DNA of 64,000 bases from Fistulifera solaris (taxonomy: Eukaryota). The stretch is taken from assembly GCA_030295235.1 (NCBI GenBank), contig AP026138.1, positions 868,001 to 932,000 on the forward strand. Reading direction: 5' to 3'. The notes under the pieces were generated by a model that made no database searches, had not been told where the DNA came from, and was given only the letters and a program-made list of their open reading frames with translations. Positions within the stretch are counted from its first letter, which is position 1; the number at the start of each line of letters is the position of its first letter. Positions 23,874 to 36,278 of the stretch are shown here, piece by piece. Made by a program: the position numbers and the translations under genes.

Positions 23874-24601
23874 ATGGGAGATATTCCGGAAGGCGAGCAT
23901 CGCTTACAAAACGGTACGCAGATGAGAAATCTTAATCAATTTTTTGTTGCAAATCTTGCTGCTTTTCATTCACTTCTTTCGTGTTATATATGGTTTGTCT
24001 TAATTCTTACACACGTACGCACCCATACACTGCAGAATGGGTCTTGTGGGAGCACAAAGCCGCCGGTGGCGGTGCAAAATCCTCCAATCAGTGGAAAGAA
24101 AACATGAGTGAATTGTGTCACATTCGAACAGTTGAAGATTTTTGGAGAAATTTCAATCACATTCCCAAACCCTCCGAAGTTTTCTTTGACGGAGAATCCC
24201 GCAAAAAAGTCGGTCCGACAGCCAAGACCATTGAAGAGTATTCGCTATTTAAAAAGGGAATTGAGCCGGAATGGGGTGATCCGGCTAATATTGTAGGCGG
24301 AGAATGGTTCTGCCGACAATCATTCGAACCGGAATTGTTGGATCTGTACTGGATGAACTTGGCTATGAGTGTCATTGGAGAAACAATGGAGACCGATAGT
24401 CCCGAAGATACGGTGAATGGCGTTCGTGTTGTGGACAAATCGCGTGGACAGTATCCCATGTTCAAACTGGAGTTGTGGGTTCGCACTCGCCGTCCGGGCG
24501 ACAAAGATCGATTGCTCAAGCGATTGCAGGAAATCATCAAGGATGGTCAACACCCTCGATTCAAATTACAACCCAAGTTCGAGTGGAAGGATCACTCCTA
24601 A
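23874..24601 (+). CDS. eIF4E: Eukaryotic translation initiation factor 4E family; intron 23914-24035
   Basis: Spliced HRLQNEWVLW; TVEDFW; YSLFKKGIEPEWGDPANIVGGEW; VNGVRVVDKS; ELW. Confidence 0.92.
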
Positions 24602-24690
24602 ACGCAGATTCTATTATGGAGTCGATTCGTAGCAAGATTCTATGTTTAAGGACTACCTAGTAACTCTTGTTCCCTTTTTATGGTATCTAT

Positions 24691-25893
24691 TTACGAGGAG
24701 ACCTTCGGTGAATACCAACTCTTTGCCTGACCCATCCAAGCAATCATTTTTTCATTAATTATATCTGGAACTTCATCGTGCGGGCAATGTCCTACGCCTG
24801 GCAAGACATCGAGCTGCCAAAAGTAAGATGGTTTAGGAAGAGCGTTTGAGTTTCCTTCCCCGTTCTGTTGAAAATAAAAAGTCTCCAACCCTGTCGCGGG
24901 ATGTGCACCCGCGTTATACGGAGTCCAGGGATCATCCTGGCCCCACAGAGCCAAGACAGGACACTGCAAGGTCGGCAAGATGGATTCCGGAGTCGGCCCG
25001 GGAGGACCACCAAACACAGATAGAAACACATCACGTGCTCCCTCATCGTCTGCCGGTGCCAAGAGTATTTCAAGCAGCTCTTCATCAACATTAGAGACAC
25101 CATTCACACCGTATACACCATTTTTCGATAATATTGTTTGTACATTCTCTCGCGTACGAAAATTTTCAAAGAATCGAGGTCCAAAGAAAGGTCCTTGAAT
25201 GAATACTTTTTGAACGACAAACAAGATCGGCCGCGCCCACAGAGGAACATCTTCGTATCGAAAGCCAGTCATACCGCCACTGCAATTGAACAGCACGAGA
25301 CCTCGGACCGCATGGGGTAATAATTGTGCGACCATGAGAGAACACAATCCTCCAATCGAATTACCGGCCACAACCCATGATTCTTTCTCCTTCTGCGCAA
25401 CGATGAAGTCACGCAATAGTTCCGCAAACAATTCCATACTGTACGGTACATTTGCTGGTTTATCACTGGCCCCGAATCCGAGCAAATCGACCGCATATAC
25501 GCGATAACCAGCTTGCACAAGTGCAGGAAATTGGTAACGAAAGTGATTGACATTCGCGCCGAAACCATGAATGAGCAACACAGGCGGGCCTTCTCCTTCG
25601 ACACGATAATTTATATTGTATTGTTTGCCTTGATACTTCCACGAAAATGATTCATAGACGCGTCGCACTTGGGGAGGCATCCGAGCTGTAGATGTCGTTG
25701 ATAGATTTGCCGCATCCTCTGCAGTCATTCCCACAGCATTCGATTGTTGCGGTTGCGGTTGCGGTGATTCGGGTGAAGAGAACTGTCGCATCGATTTTCT
25801 TATCGAGTGCTTCGTCGGTAACAAAGCAAAGCTTTGACACGAGATGACGAAACAAGAAAAAGCTATCAAAGTTCTCATAGAGTTGCAATGCAT
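24691..25893 (-). CDS. Alpha/beta-fold hydrolase, probably plastid-targeted (pheophytinase-like clade)
   Basis: HGFGA, DLLGFGASDKP, GNSIGG nucleophile elbow, WGQDDPWTP, GHCPHDE; signal peptide ending CQS-F. Confidence 0.88.
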   Translation of the reverse strand: MHCNSMRTLIAFSCFVISCQSFALLPTKHSIRKSMRQFSSPESPQPQPQQSNAVGMTAEDAANLSTTSTARMPPQVRRVYESFSWKYQGKQYNINYRVEGEGPPVLLIHGFGANVNHFRYQFPALVQAGYRVYAVDLLGFGASDKPANVPYSMELFAELLRDFIVAQKEKESWVVAGNSIGGLCSLMVAQLLPHAVRGLVLFNCSGGMTGFRYEDVPLWARPILFVVQKVFIQGPFFGPRFFENFRTRENVQTILSKNGVYGVNGVSNVDEELLEILLAPADDEGARDVFLSVFGGPPGPTPESILPTLQCPVLALWGQDDPWTPYNAGAHPATGLETFYFQQNGEGNSNALPKPSYFWQLDVLPGVGHCPHDEVPDIINEKMIAWMGQAKSWYSPKVSS

Positions 25894-26603
25894 CTTGTTG
25901 TTGTATGATTTGTCAGCGAAATGTGTCTTTCTTGAAGGAACAGAACCAAGTATTAGTAGAGAAAGATAACAATAGAAGAAAAGAAAGGAAAATCTTGAGA
26001 ACGGTTCAACTATAAAGCTTTTGCTTCGCTATAAAATAATGAGAAAGCAAAAGACGACGAAGAATGACGAGATCCATTTTCAAAACAGTTCCGAAAAGCG
26101 GGTTCGATCCCCATTAACGAAGCCGATGAGCGTTCAGGATATCTCACATTCAGGACTGAAATCGAGTCGCGAAAAAAGTCACATACACATTAAGGCTATA
26201 GTGAATGCTTCTAGGACGGCGAAGTCGAGGAAGAGCGAGCTCTAGGCAGGGCGTTGTGTCGTAACTATGGCTAATTTCCATACTAAGCATAACTTTAAGG
26301 TGCACTATGACTTTATGGTAAGGTATTGCGACAAATACACAAAGGTGCAGGATCTAAGTTGGATTGGACGTAGCGAGTCGAGAACTTGAGTGCAAACAAT
26401 TACGCTGAAGGTTTGTGTAAATACACATACGGTGAAACAATCGCATTTCTATCAACGAAATAGCAATCACTCATAGCAAAGCCATCTAAGTGCTATCTTT
26501 CAAGGATTGAAAAGTAGATTGTAGCTTCTTACAAATTTCCGAACGGTGGGAGAAATCAATTCTCGATTCTTGGCTATCAAATCCCTCCTATCTTTCACTC
26601 CTT

Positions 26604-29587
26604 CTATCCCGTAGTTTCCTTTTGAATCAATTCAACCATGGATATTGGTTTCCAAGGCAGCGACGGGTTTTCACAAGCATACACCACGTTGGATTCCAGA
26701 TAAATGGGTGTCTTACCAAATACAAAAACCTGCTTGCCACTACTTGATTGGCTATTCATTGATTTGGGTTGAAACAAAATATCGTGTTCACGTGCCAACT
26801 CTTCAACGACTTCCCGAAAGGTCGGTATGGCCGTCTGAGTTTGTCGTCGCAATCGAATTTGTGCTTCCACAAAAGCGGTGTCGCCACCTTCCATGCGGTA
26901 GTAATCATCGTCCGCTCGTTTCTTGGCTTCCGCGACACGACGGGCCAACACGGTCTGATAGGAGACAGGATCCGACGGATAGAGCACGTCGTCCACGGGG
27001 ACATACGGTACTAACATTTGTAACACGGCATTGAAATACCGACAAATCATTTCGTCGTGGAAAAGTAGGATCTGCGATACTTTGCTCCCATTGACATAAA
27101 GCAATTGCGACTTGAAATTTGCATAGGTTGCTGCCACCTCAGTTGCGTGACCTTCGACGATTCTATCGTGTTGCAATATTACCCAATTCGACATTACTTC
27201 GCCTTCCAACAGGCTCAAAAACATTTCATCGGACAAAAGACCCACTTCATGCATCTCAAGCGTCTTGAATAAAAAAGCGAGTGTCTTTGTTGTTCTCTAG
27301 TACGGATTGCGACAAAGCTCGTGCCAGACGTGGTGTTACAGACGTAGCCATCATCGAGTGAATTGTTTCCTTTTTGAACAGAATCTTCCACGGCATAAGG
27401 CAGTGAACAATAGCATCCAAGAACTCCAAATCTTCAGATCGTTTCTGGTCCAAATACTGGACAGATTTTTGTAGTTTGCGTTTGCAATCCGATAAGAACG
27501 ACGACATAGATGCGATTCTCCCCAACTGCGCTATCCAGGGTAATATCCAAAGATCGAGACGATTGCGCAAATCACTTCCTTCCCATTGGGGCTTCCACTG
27601 AGCGACAGCGCGTGACAATCGATCGTGGATACATTGAAGCAGGATTTCATCTTGAAAACGTTGCCATACTGAATTCCTGCTTTCGTCCTCTTCATCAAAT
27701 CTGTTGGGTAGTACATTTTGATCATTATCGCTGCACTCGGTGCGTTTCTGGACTTTCTGATCGAGTGGCTGAATCATGCGTTCTAGTAATTCATAAAGGT
27801 TGACCCCTTCCCAGGACGACTGAATAGGGTCCCAGCGTGATGACTCAAATGCTTTCTTCGCAGTCGGCAGAAGATATTTAAGGGCAAGTGTTGACGCCAG
27901 CTTGTTGGCAGATGAAACATCTTTCACAGCTTTCGCCAGATGAAGAACCGACGCAATTATCTTCTCAGATACGTCGATGTCATCTTGAAGTGGCTTCCAT
28001 CCTTTCATTCTGTCCTCTACAAAGGTTCCAATGATGGAGGGGGAGCATGACATCCAAGAACTGCAGTTCTTTTCGATCTTGAGCGGAAAATATGTTCGAT
28101 ATACTTTGAATGTGCCGACTCAAACCCTTCAACGATGTATCTGCCTCGTCCGATGTAGGTGTTTTGTCAACACTAAGTAGGTGTTCCATCGATCTCAAAA
28201 TCTGATTGACTCTTTCCAATTTGTCAATTCGTTCCTCAAGGGCCTGGCTCTTTTCAATGTATTCCGTCACTTCAGACGCTGCGCTATCTAGTTTTCGTTC
28301 CGAAGATCGAACAAAGCTCGCTACAGAGTACACGCTGTTCTCTAGAGTCCCCAAGACCAGTGATACATTGTGTAATAATTCTTCTGCCAATGGAACTTCA
28401 ACAGACACGTATATGTCGTCCTTGTCTGCTAATGGTCCTCGCATGTCTATAACTTTCGTTTCCTGTTGCGGCGGCTGACTCATGATGTCTGTAAATGGAA
28501 TAACCGCCGGTCGCTGCCGCTTCTTGGACTTGATTTCTTTCGCACCACGCTTCCAACTTTTGTCGTGCATCAAATCTTGGGTATTCGGAAGAATGGATTT
28601 AAAGACGGAAATTGCTGTTGCCTCTTTATCAATGACGCTATGCTTTTCTTCACTTTCGTCTTTCCATTCAACACCCCGGACTTCGGCTTCAATCTGTCGA
28701 TTCGTCTTCAGTTGCGTCGCTTCCTTGAAATTCCCAAATCCTAACCCTAGATTCGCCGGTCTTACTTTAACTTCAATGGGTTTGGAAATGCCACTCACAG
28801 CATTCTCGGCACGTTTCTTAGAACCCAATCCTCCAGCTCCTTTGTATCCCATTTTGGCTAGTAGTTTCATACCGATCCCTTTAGTATGTTTCTCCCAAGT
28901 TCCGACCTTGACTGGGGGCTGCTGTGACGCGCGCGTTGTATTGAACGGTAAAGATGATGGTATCTGCTTCCCCGATTCTGTCAGTGGGTGTGACGCTTCG
29001 CTGTTTAATGACGCTGCGTTTTCGGTAGTGTCTTTAGGGTGTGTAGATAATGATGAAGTTGATGATTCTGTCGTAAAAGTGGGCCTCCGTCGCTTGCTGC
29101 CTTTTTGCAGTAAGGAAAGAAAATAATCATCTGCTTGTTGTTGCTTCTTTTGAAATTCCAGTTCTTGGGGCGTCGGCTCTTCTACTGATGTTTCAGCCGC
29201 AATGCGAACCGATGATTCTTTTTGCGCATTATTTTGGTCGTCATCTGCTTGTTGTTCGCTCTTTGTAGAGGCTTCAACTCCTTTCACAAACATGGGAGCT
29301 CCCAAATTGTTTTTCCTCCTGCTGCTGTTGTAAGGACCCTGCCCGTTCGATCGATTTCGTTTGCGAGTCGTACCTCCTTTTTCTTCACCTTCTGAATCAT
29401 CTAGAAACACGCCATAAGTTGCTTCTTCTTTCGAGGGACGCCGCCTGTTGTCATCGTTAAAATTATTATCGCCATCGTCGATGGTTGTGTATCGAAACCT
29501 GCCTCGTTTTCGAGTCAATCGTTCATCGTCGTCGTCGTCGTCGGAGGACGCGTTTATCACAGAATCTTCGTCGTCATCATACGACAT
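26604..29587 (-). CDS. TFIP11: Tuftelin-interacting protein 11 / Ntr1 (G-patch + GCFC) spliceosome disassembly factor; probable +1 frameshifts at 28039-28043 and 27271-27276
   Basis: SKEEATYGVF N-terminal motif; G-patch WEKHTKGIGMKLLAKMGYKG.GGLG...GLGFG; EELLHNV; C-terminal TFREVVEELAREHDILFQPK...GKQVFVFG; three ORFs join by single-base removals. Confidence 0.88.
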
Positions 29588-30144
29588 TTTCTATCTTACG
29601 CTTCAAGTCGGGAAAGAGTAACTTACAAGCAAAGCAGTTAGATCTTTGACAAGATTACAACATGGTCGAATTTTCGTTGTAGTTGGTACTGGTAGCAACG
29701 ATTGGAGCGTATCGCCTCAGGAAGAAAAAAAGTCTGGTAAGGTTAGAGATCACTTGTTGAAGCTGAACTATGCGGTGAAGTGTAGGTTCTCGGTAACTGA
29801 GATCACGAATGAGCCAGTCCGGGGAAACATGGTCTTTCGAGGCAATTACTATGGCTTGATACTCGATCCTAGATCGTAGACCGAAATAAGCTAAGCATAT
29901 GAGGTTACGGAATAAGGAGCCTAAAGTGATATGTGGTTAATGATGATTCAGATTGAACACAACGCATAGATGGTACTCAATATCATTCGTGCGAGATATT
30001 TTCTCAAGCAAGTTACCCAGCTACTTTCGCAGTTTATCGTAAGAGATAAATACATGCAAAAGAGCACATTCTATCAAACAACATCATCTGAAATGTTATT
30101 GAAGTAGTAGAAATTTCAACTACGCACCATGTGGTAATCATCTC

Positions 30145-30945
30145 TCATGTCGAACTTGCACCGATAGTTGCAAAACGAGCCGAAACAAGCGATGCATCCT
30201 CGCTGCAGCTCTCATCATAAGATGTAACGGAAAAATCATTGTAGTACAGAAAGTGATCTTCGAATGAATGATCCGAACAGCTTTCAATATCATACAAGGA
30301 ATCCATATCGTCATCATCGACGGAGCACTCGTCATCCGACGTTACGTCCCAAGAGACCACCGGTGCATCACTCGACTGATTTTCACCGGAGGGAGACGAA
30401 CGGTTCATCATATCTCGAACATCTCCTAAAACAGTGTCTGTAGGCAAGCGTAATGCCGTTCTTTTCTTGACCGGAGAGAAAAATGCAAGAGCGCTATCTG
30501 TAGAGGAGTAGGTTGTCATGATTTGTTCTGATGATTTCCCAGTTGCTTCGGCTGGGGAGGTTCGATCTACCTTCAAAAGATTTAATGCCAGTGACTGTTG
30601 GAGACCCGTTTGCAGAGAGAATGACCGCCTATTTTTTCGCGGAGATGCCCGGTTGGGCGATACGAATTGAATTGTTTCATTTTGGCATGCTTCTTGAGAG
30701 ACCGCTGTCAGCATACCTGTAATTTCCTGACAAAGCGTTTGGGATATTGCTCGGCTCTTTTTTTGGGGCGAAAGAAGCCGAATAGGTTGTACTGGTGGAC
30801 TCATGGAAGAAGGCGTTGTTGACATGGAAGATCCAACCCCTGGAGACTGCATTTGTCTTATTGTCGTCATCTGATCCAGCGCTGATTCCCATCGTGATAT
30901 AGCTTTTGAGCTTTCAAATGACTGACAAAGTGATTTCGGCGACAA
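30145..30945 (-). CDS. Hypothetical Ser/Pro-rich disordered protein; 5' end uncertain
   Basis: 266-codon ORF from a non-ATG start; SRW and PVQPIRLLSP motifs; acidic C-terminus. Confidence 0.5.
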   Translation of the reverse strand: MSPKSLCQSFESSKAISRWESALDQMTTIRQMQSPGVGSSMSTTPSSMSPPVQPIRLLSPQKKSRAISQTLCQEITGMLTAVSQEACQNETIQFVSPNRASPRKNRRSFSLQTGLQQSLALNLLKVDRTSPAEATGKSSEQIMTTYSSTDSALAFFSPVKKRTALRLPTDTVLGDVRDMMNRSSPSGENQSSDAPVVSWDVTSDDECSVDDDDMDSLYDIESCSDHSFEDHFLYYNDFSVTSYDESCSEDASLVSARFATIGASST

Positions 30946-31911
30946 GCTCCAACTGTTCCTTCAAGTGACGGTTGATTTCGTTTGTCCTGATTAGCTTTTC
31001 GTGTCCGCTCGAATTCATCCACACTCACTTCCCTACAAGGTAAGTATTCGTGCCTGACAACATAAAAGGGAATCAGATCCGTGAGTGATACAGGCTTTGT
31101 GAAAAGTTATATTTACTTTCGGCACTTACATAGACGAAACTCGATCGTCTTCTGTGTTCAAGCGAAAGAACTGAACACGAACTTTGCCGAATTGTATCTT
31201 GCTCGATCTTTCTTGGAGAAAAGAGGATTCAGAGTCGTTACGGTGAAGCGATTTCATTGTTTGATTGTATTTTACAGAAAGACGAGATAGAGAGAATAAT
31301 AATGAAAACGCAATCACCATCGCCACCTGGAGTAAACGGCTCAGTCGGTTGACACTTTGGGCTGCGGCGAGCGGCGGCGCGTTTGGTGGGCGTGGAACGT
31401 GAACGCCCAATAAGCATTTCTGTCTCACTTTCAGTCAGGTACAAGTCCCAAACTACTTTTCGTACGACAGATAGATCCCCAATGAGAGGCAGAATAAAGA
31501 CGGACCCATAAGATAGTACGGAAGACTTTCAGCCCGGGAATGAAAGAGCTATACAAAACAGCTACGGCGATTTTGTCTCTTGTCAGCGACAAAATTGGCT
31601 CTTTATGAATAAACACGAGTGTACAGTGTGAACGAGAAATCGGGAAATACCTAGTCATTAAGTCACTACTTATTGCCACTTTATAAAGAGTAAAGAGCGT
31701 GCGTTGACTAAGACCTACAACATATTTCATATTATCCGGTTTACCGGATATGAATAAAGTTCGCAATTTTCCAGTAATCACCAAGAATGTCTGTAGTCCA
31801 TGATGTCTTGTTTCTTGTGTCCTCTTTTCTCGTTCCACGTTTAAAGCGATGGTCCGTGGAGAGTGGGGGCCATGGGCCATAGCGACGGGCCACGAACAAG
31901 ACACAATGAAC

Positions 31912-32307
31912 TAGTGATCGGTCTCGAGAGTGGCGTTCTCGAGACTCTCGAGAACTGATTTCAGAATTTTCACTCTCAACCCTCAACTCTCACGGATTCG
32001 GAAGAAATTGATGAGATGAGAGTAGTACGAAATTCCTATAGTACTTTTAATAGGAATCCGGAATCTGGAAACAGGACTGTGACTTAAACTACATACCACG
32101 CGCCACGCGCCGTCAGTCCGCCGAACTTCTGCCTACTGTTCGCAGTCTACACTAGATTAGAATGTACGTAGTGGGTACCGGTAAGCCATATTTGTGATGT
32201 CACCTGCTTACGTCACCACTCTCGAGACTCTCGAGACTCTCATGGTCTCGCGCGGCCACTCTCGACTCTCGTCTCGGACCTGCTGGAAAGCACGAGACCG
32301 ATCACTA
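31912..32307. mobile_element. 396-bp non-autonomous hAT-type MITE
   Basis: Perfect 15-bp TIRs TAGTGATCGGTCTCG (31912-31926) / CGAGACCGATCACTA (32293-32307); perfect 8-bp TSD CAATGAAC at 31904-31911 and 32308-32315; subterminal CTCGAGACTCTCGAG repeats at both ends. Confidence 0.93.
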
Positions 32308-32431
32308 CAATGAACAACGCACACTACTACGACCAACAAGCGACAATTGACAATTACAATTGCTCAATAAAGTTGAGTAAACTATGGAATTCAGTAATAA
32401 GGAAGTGTGAACGGCGAAATGAGCGGACATG

Positions 32432-32510
32432 GGAAACGGCGTTAAAATTCTACGTCTTCGTAGACCGTACGTAAAATTTGGTACCGGAGGCAGAATTTTA
32501 ACGCCTTTCC
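32432..32510 (-). repeat. ~80-bp dispersed hairpin element, copy 1
   Basis: Arms GGAAACGGCGTTAAAATTCT / AGAATTTTAACGCCTTTCC; its reverse complement aligns end to end with 45537-45616. Confidence 0.85.
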
Positions 32511-32901
32511 GGGCAATGGGCAATGGGCGATTTGAGGATTGCGTTTGCTCTATGTCCTACATCAAACGTCAACCGTTAAACAAAATCAACTCTCCGACTT
32601 GCAAAACCAGTCAGCGACCTGTTATCTCGTGGGCTGTTCCTTGTTCCTTCATTCAAGTGGAAGCTGGAAACAAACCCGACACTCGACGATTGAGGAAGCA
32701 GTTTGTCTTTCTCCTTGCCAACAAATGCCGGATTGACGTCCGAGGTTGAAAGGAAGACATCCAGGAGAAAGACCTATTTGGAAGGACCAGTAGCAAATTC
32801 GCGCTTTATCACTCCTTCTGAATGTGGGAGCAATGGTTCCGATACGTCGATGCAGCAACTACACTCGCATAGAGTTTTTGACAGCATAGGCGAACCGAAA
32901 T

Positions 32902-33839
32902 TTACGATAGTTGCTTAACTTTTTTACGACCTTTCGGTTGTCCTGCCAAAGACCCAACTGAAGTAACTTGACCGAGTGGTAGAACCGGTTGTATTGCATG
33001 ATTGGCACTAGCCGCCAAAAGCTGAAGTGATATTAGTGGGTATGAAAAAGATGACAGATTTTGTGGAAAAGAAGGAGAGACTAAAGCTCCTGGAAATCCA
33101 CCGACTAAGCTGGCTACACCTGGTTGAGGGATTAAACCAAAAACTGCTCCACCGGCAATCGCTTGAGTTGTGTTCGCTGCAAATGACGGGGTGGAAAGTT
33201 CTGCTGAAGCTCGTCGTTTCTTCGCAGTGCGGGCTTCTATGCGTTGCGTATCAGCGCTGCATTCTGGCGCCTCTGCAGTTGCTGACTTGGCTTCACTTTT
33301 TCCTTCTCCACAAAAAGGAAGCGCATAAAAATCAGGGCCCTCACCAACGGTCGAATGTGTATTTGATTGGCCTTTTACCGGAGTCCTTACAATTACTCTC
33401 GCAATGTCAGGGCGTCCTCTTAAAAACATCTCATGATAGTAGCCTCCACGGTCCTTTCCACAAATTATCCTTTGAAATGAGTACAAAGAGAGCTGTCTTT
33501 GAAACGATGTCAACTTTGTTTGACGAAAGAATCTGGAGACGAAGGTAGTAAAGTTGAGATGACATAGCTTTGATAAGTCTTTCAAATAATGGGCACAAAC
33601 CTCGGTAAAATTTCGCTCACGAATCTAGCAGGCTGATGCAGGATAAAGCATCTTCCATGTTCCTGCCAAGAGACGACATCACTGAGGCCACTCTTCTGCG
33701 TCGTTTCCAACATATCATATAGTCTGACGGGGAACGGATCGACAACGCCACCACGTGGTCCCCTTCTCTTGTTTTTTACCAGATCCTTTGTGACCTCTTC
33801 GATATCGACGTTGAACAAGTCCCGATACGCATCTCCCAT
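32902..33839 (-). CDS. Heat shock transcription factor (HSF DNA-binding domain); intron 33533-33600
   Basis: RGPRGGVVDPFPVRLYDML...VVSWQEHGRCF...ILPR|FFRQTKLTSFQRQLSLYSFQRI..G.DRGGYYHEMFLRGRP. Confidence 0.92.
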
Positions 33840-34650
33840 AATTCTTTCTCAAAGATTAAATAATATTCTTTCTCATCCTCTACAAAATACGAAATGCAAG
33901 CGATCCTATGCAAAAATGAAAAAGATGCTTTTCATTTGAAGCGTACCAGTATCGTTCTTCGAGAGAGAAGGACGAGAAAGAGCAGAAGCAGAGGTCGAAA
34001 AGTTTCCATCCCAATAGGCTTGTTTACCACTTTTCTCCGTAGATTGCGAGTTGCCAGTTGCAAGTTGCGAGTGTCATTTTATGAAACCAATAAGCAGTAT
34101 CTCGTACAGTGCACTTCATACTGCATGACAGGTAACAATAAGTACTACGAAACAACAAGCATCCGTTGTCAGTTGCAACAAGTTCTTGCAACAAACAGAA
34201 GCCCAGAAGCCCACAAAAAGTCTAAGGTTATTTGACTTCTGATTGCCGACCGGCTTACGAAAATTAATGGTATTCTGTAGAGGGAATTTTCGATAGGCTT
34301 AGTGTTCTCTCTTTTCTCTCCAGACTCTTGACCGAGACTATACTGTGTATAAATAAAATCCTAGAGAGCTGAACCTGTGGACCCGACTAACCATCAATAC
34401 TTGCATCGTCCCTCAAATCCAGCGATTGGATAGGTGTTGGAGTTCAATTAGATGAGGGAGATTTAAACTGGGAAGTAAGTAGAAGGCAACGACAATTTAG
34501 TCTTCCTCCACTCATTGCTAGATTGGTGATTCGATCACGAAACAAAACACCTTTCTATGAGTTTATTTCTACCGCCTGTACGCAATATGAAAGGTGTCGT
34601 TTCGTTTTTTTCCAACAAATCACCAGGCGAAAGGCTCGTCATATCGAGCC

Positions 34651-36072
34651 TCACAAAAACGCCCGAAGATCAAATTCCGGTCGCATCTCGTTGACTCTCT
34701 CTTCGCCGTTGCAACCGAGCCTCTTTTGCCCAAAGTGCCAGCCTATTCTGTTCTCTGCGATCCATTTCACTTGCAACCATCTCGATCCACTGATCGGAAG
34801 CTGGCGTCTTTGCCAAGCACTTTGTAAGACGGCTGTTGCATTCGTATCCTTTCTAATGGAATTATACCATTCGCGACCATCCGGAAAGTACTCCCAAATC
34901 CACGAAGACTGCGGAGGATACTCCTGATACAGAACATACCATTTGTACAGCAAACCAGGTAAAAGGAACCAATCACGCTTCCGGGAAGACTCGTCGTCTA
35001 AGATTTTCTTCATGCGTGGTACTTTAGCTTGAAACCACCTGGACTCGATTGGTAAATGTGACGCTGTAGCAAACGAAAATGGTAAACCTTCATCCAGTGT
35101 CCAAGTGCGAATGCTAGGCTCTGTGGAAAGATGACATGGGACGAAAGAGGGATGCGTTCCAATCCAGTGTTCCATGGAGTACCGCCGACGGCCCAACGTT
35201 GACTCCCATTCCTCGAAAATGAGACCAAGAAGTTCATTGGGTCGCTGTTCCAGCATTTCGTTGACTCTCACTTCAAAATCTTTCGGAGGGATCAGTCGAT
35301 TAATATAGTCACATCGCGAAACGAAGAAATTTCCAGGAAAGAAGAAGGTCCACATCGGCTGGAACAATAGACCACACGTCGTACACTGATCCATGTTTCT
35401 CAGACATTCACCGGAAGTGATAGCACGCATCATATGACGACGCCAAGGGATGTTCCATCGTCCTGACGAGTAGGATCCTTTGTTGTGCATGTAGATGACA
35501 TTTCGATAGGGAAAAGATTTGCAGAATTCGTAAGCCTTTTGCAAAGTAATTTCTTCATAGCCAGCTCTGTGATGCTCCATATGAACACACTTCAGACCGT
35601 TTGCAGTACATTGTTTTTGAACGTTGGCTGCAAACGATTCACCGAATAAGAGAACATGACCCACGGTGTTGTAGTAAATTGTAAGATCATTGCTCGTTGC
35701 GGCGTACGACTCTCCAATTTGTTGCAGCTGCTCGGAAACTGTAGCTTCCGCTTCTGCAACGTCGGGAAGTGCCGCATTGGCAAAAATGTTGTAAAATATG
35801 GCAACAGCGTGGCGGTCGCTTGAGTTTTGACTCAGAAAAGGATTTTCTGTAATGATCATTCTATCTTCGAAAGGAGGCGAGTTGATGCTTTCCGGTACAA
35901 CAAAATTGGGAAGCACAGCCAAGTCGATAGGCGAAACTCCTTCGTCGAGAAGCTTCAATGAGGAATTTTCTATAAGCATTTGCATAAAAAGTATTTGCGC
36001 CGTTAAAATAAAGATACAACAACAGGAAAGACTCAACCGAGTTGATGCCGGCTTATTTCTCTTCCACATCAT
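34651..36072 (-). CDS. Hypothetical type II membrane protein, possibly glycosyltransferase-like
   Basis: N-terminal TM helix, then YEEITLQ, VIYMHNKGSY, WRRHM, GNFFVSRCDYINRL, RYSMEHWIG; function is inference only. Confidence 0.6.
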   Translation of the reverse strand: MMWKRNKPASTRLSLSCCCIFILTAQILFMQMLIENSSLKLLDEGVSPIDLAVLPNFVVPESINSPPFEDRMIITENPFLSQNSSDRHAVAIFYNIFANAALPDVAEAEATVSEQLQQIGESYAATSNDLTIYYNTVGHVLLFGESFAANVQKQCTANGLKCVHMEHHRAGYEEITLQKAYEFCKSFPYRNVIYMHNKGSYSSGRWNIPWRRHMMRAITSGECLRNMDQCTTCGLLFQPMWTFFFPGNFFVSRCDYINRLIPPKDFEVRVNEMLEQRPNELLGLIFEEWESTLGRRRYSMEHWIGTHPSFVPCHLSTEPSIRTWTLDEGLPFSFATASHLPIESRWFQAKVPRMKKILDDESSRKRDWFLLPGLLYKWYVLYQEYPPQSSWIWEYFPDGREWYNSIRKDTNATAVLQSAWQRRQLPISGSRWLQVKWIAENRIGWHFGQKRLGCNGEERVNEMRPEFDLRAFL

Positions 36073-36278
36073 GTGTTGTGCGCGTCTTGATCGTCTTGTT
36101 TGAAAACGAAACAGGCCGGTCAACCCTGTGAATGCATAAACAATTCACTTTAACAAATACTTGCAGAATGCTGGCTATGAAATAATGAAAAGAATTGCAT
36201 GCAACGCATCATCGTACTCTCGTCGTCGCCAAGGTCATCGCCCGCGGCAAAAACGCTTCGCATACAAAGATGATACAG

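Noticed and set aside
26097..26115. GGGTTCGATCCCC resembling a tRNA T-arm
   Set aside because: Only a 3-bp stem; no D-arm, anticodon arm or acceptor stem
28206..29126. Long antisense ORFs opposite TFIP11 (similar cases opposite PK, RRP36 and the CBM6 gene)
   Set aside because: Antisense shadows of genuine coding sequence
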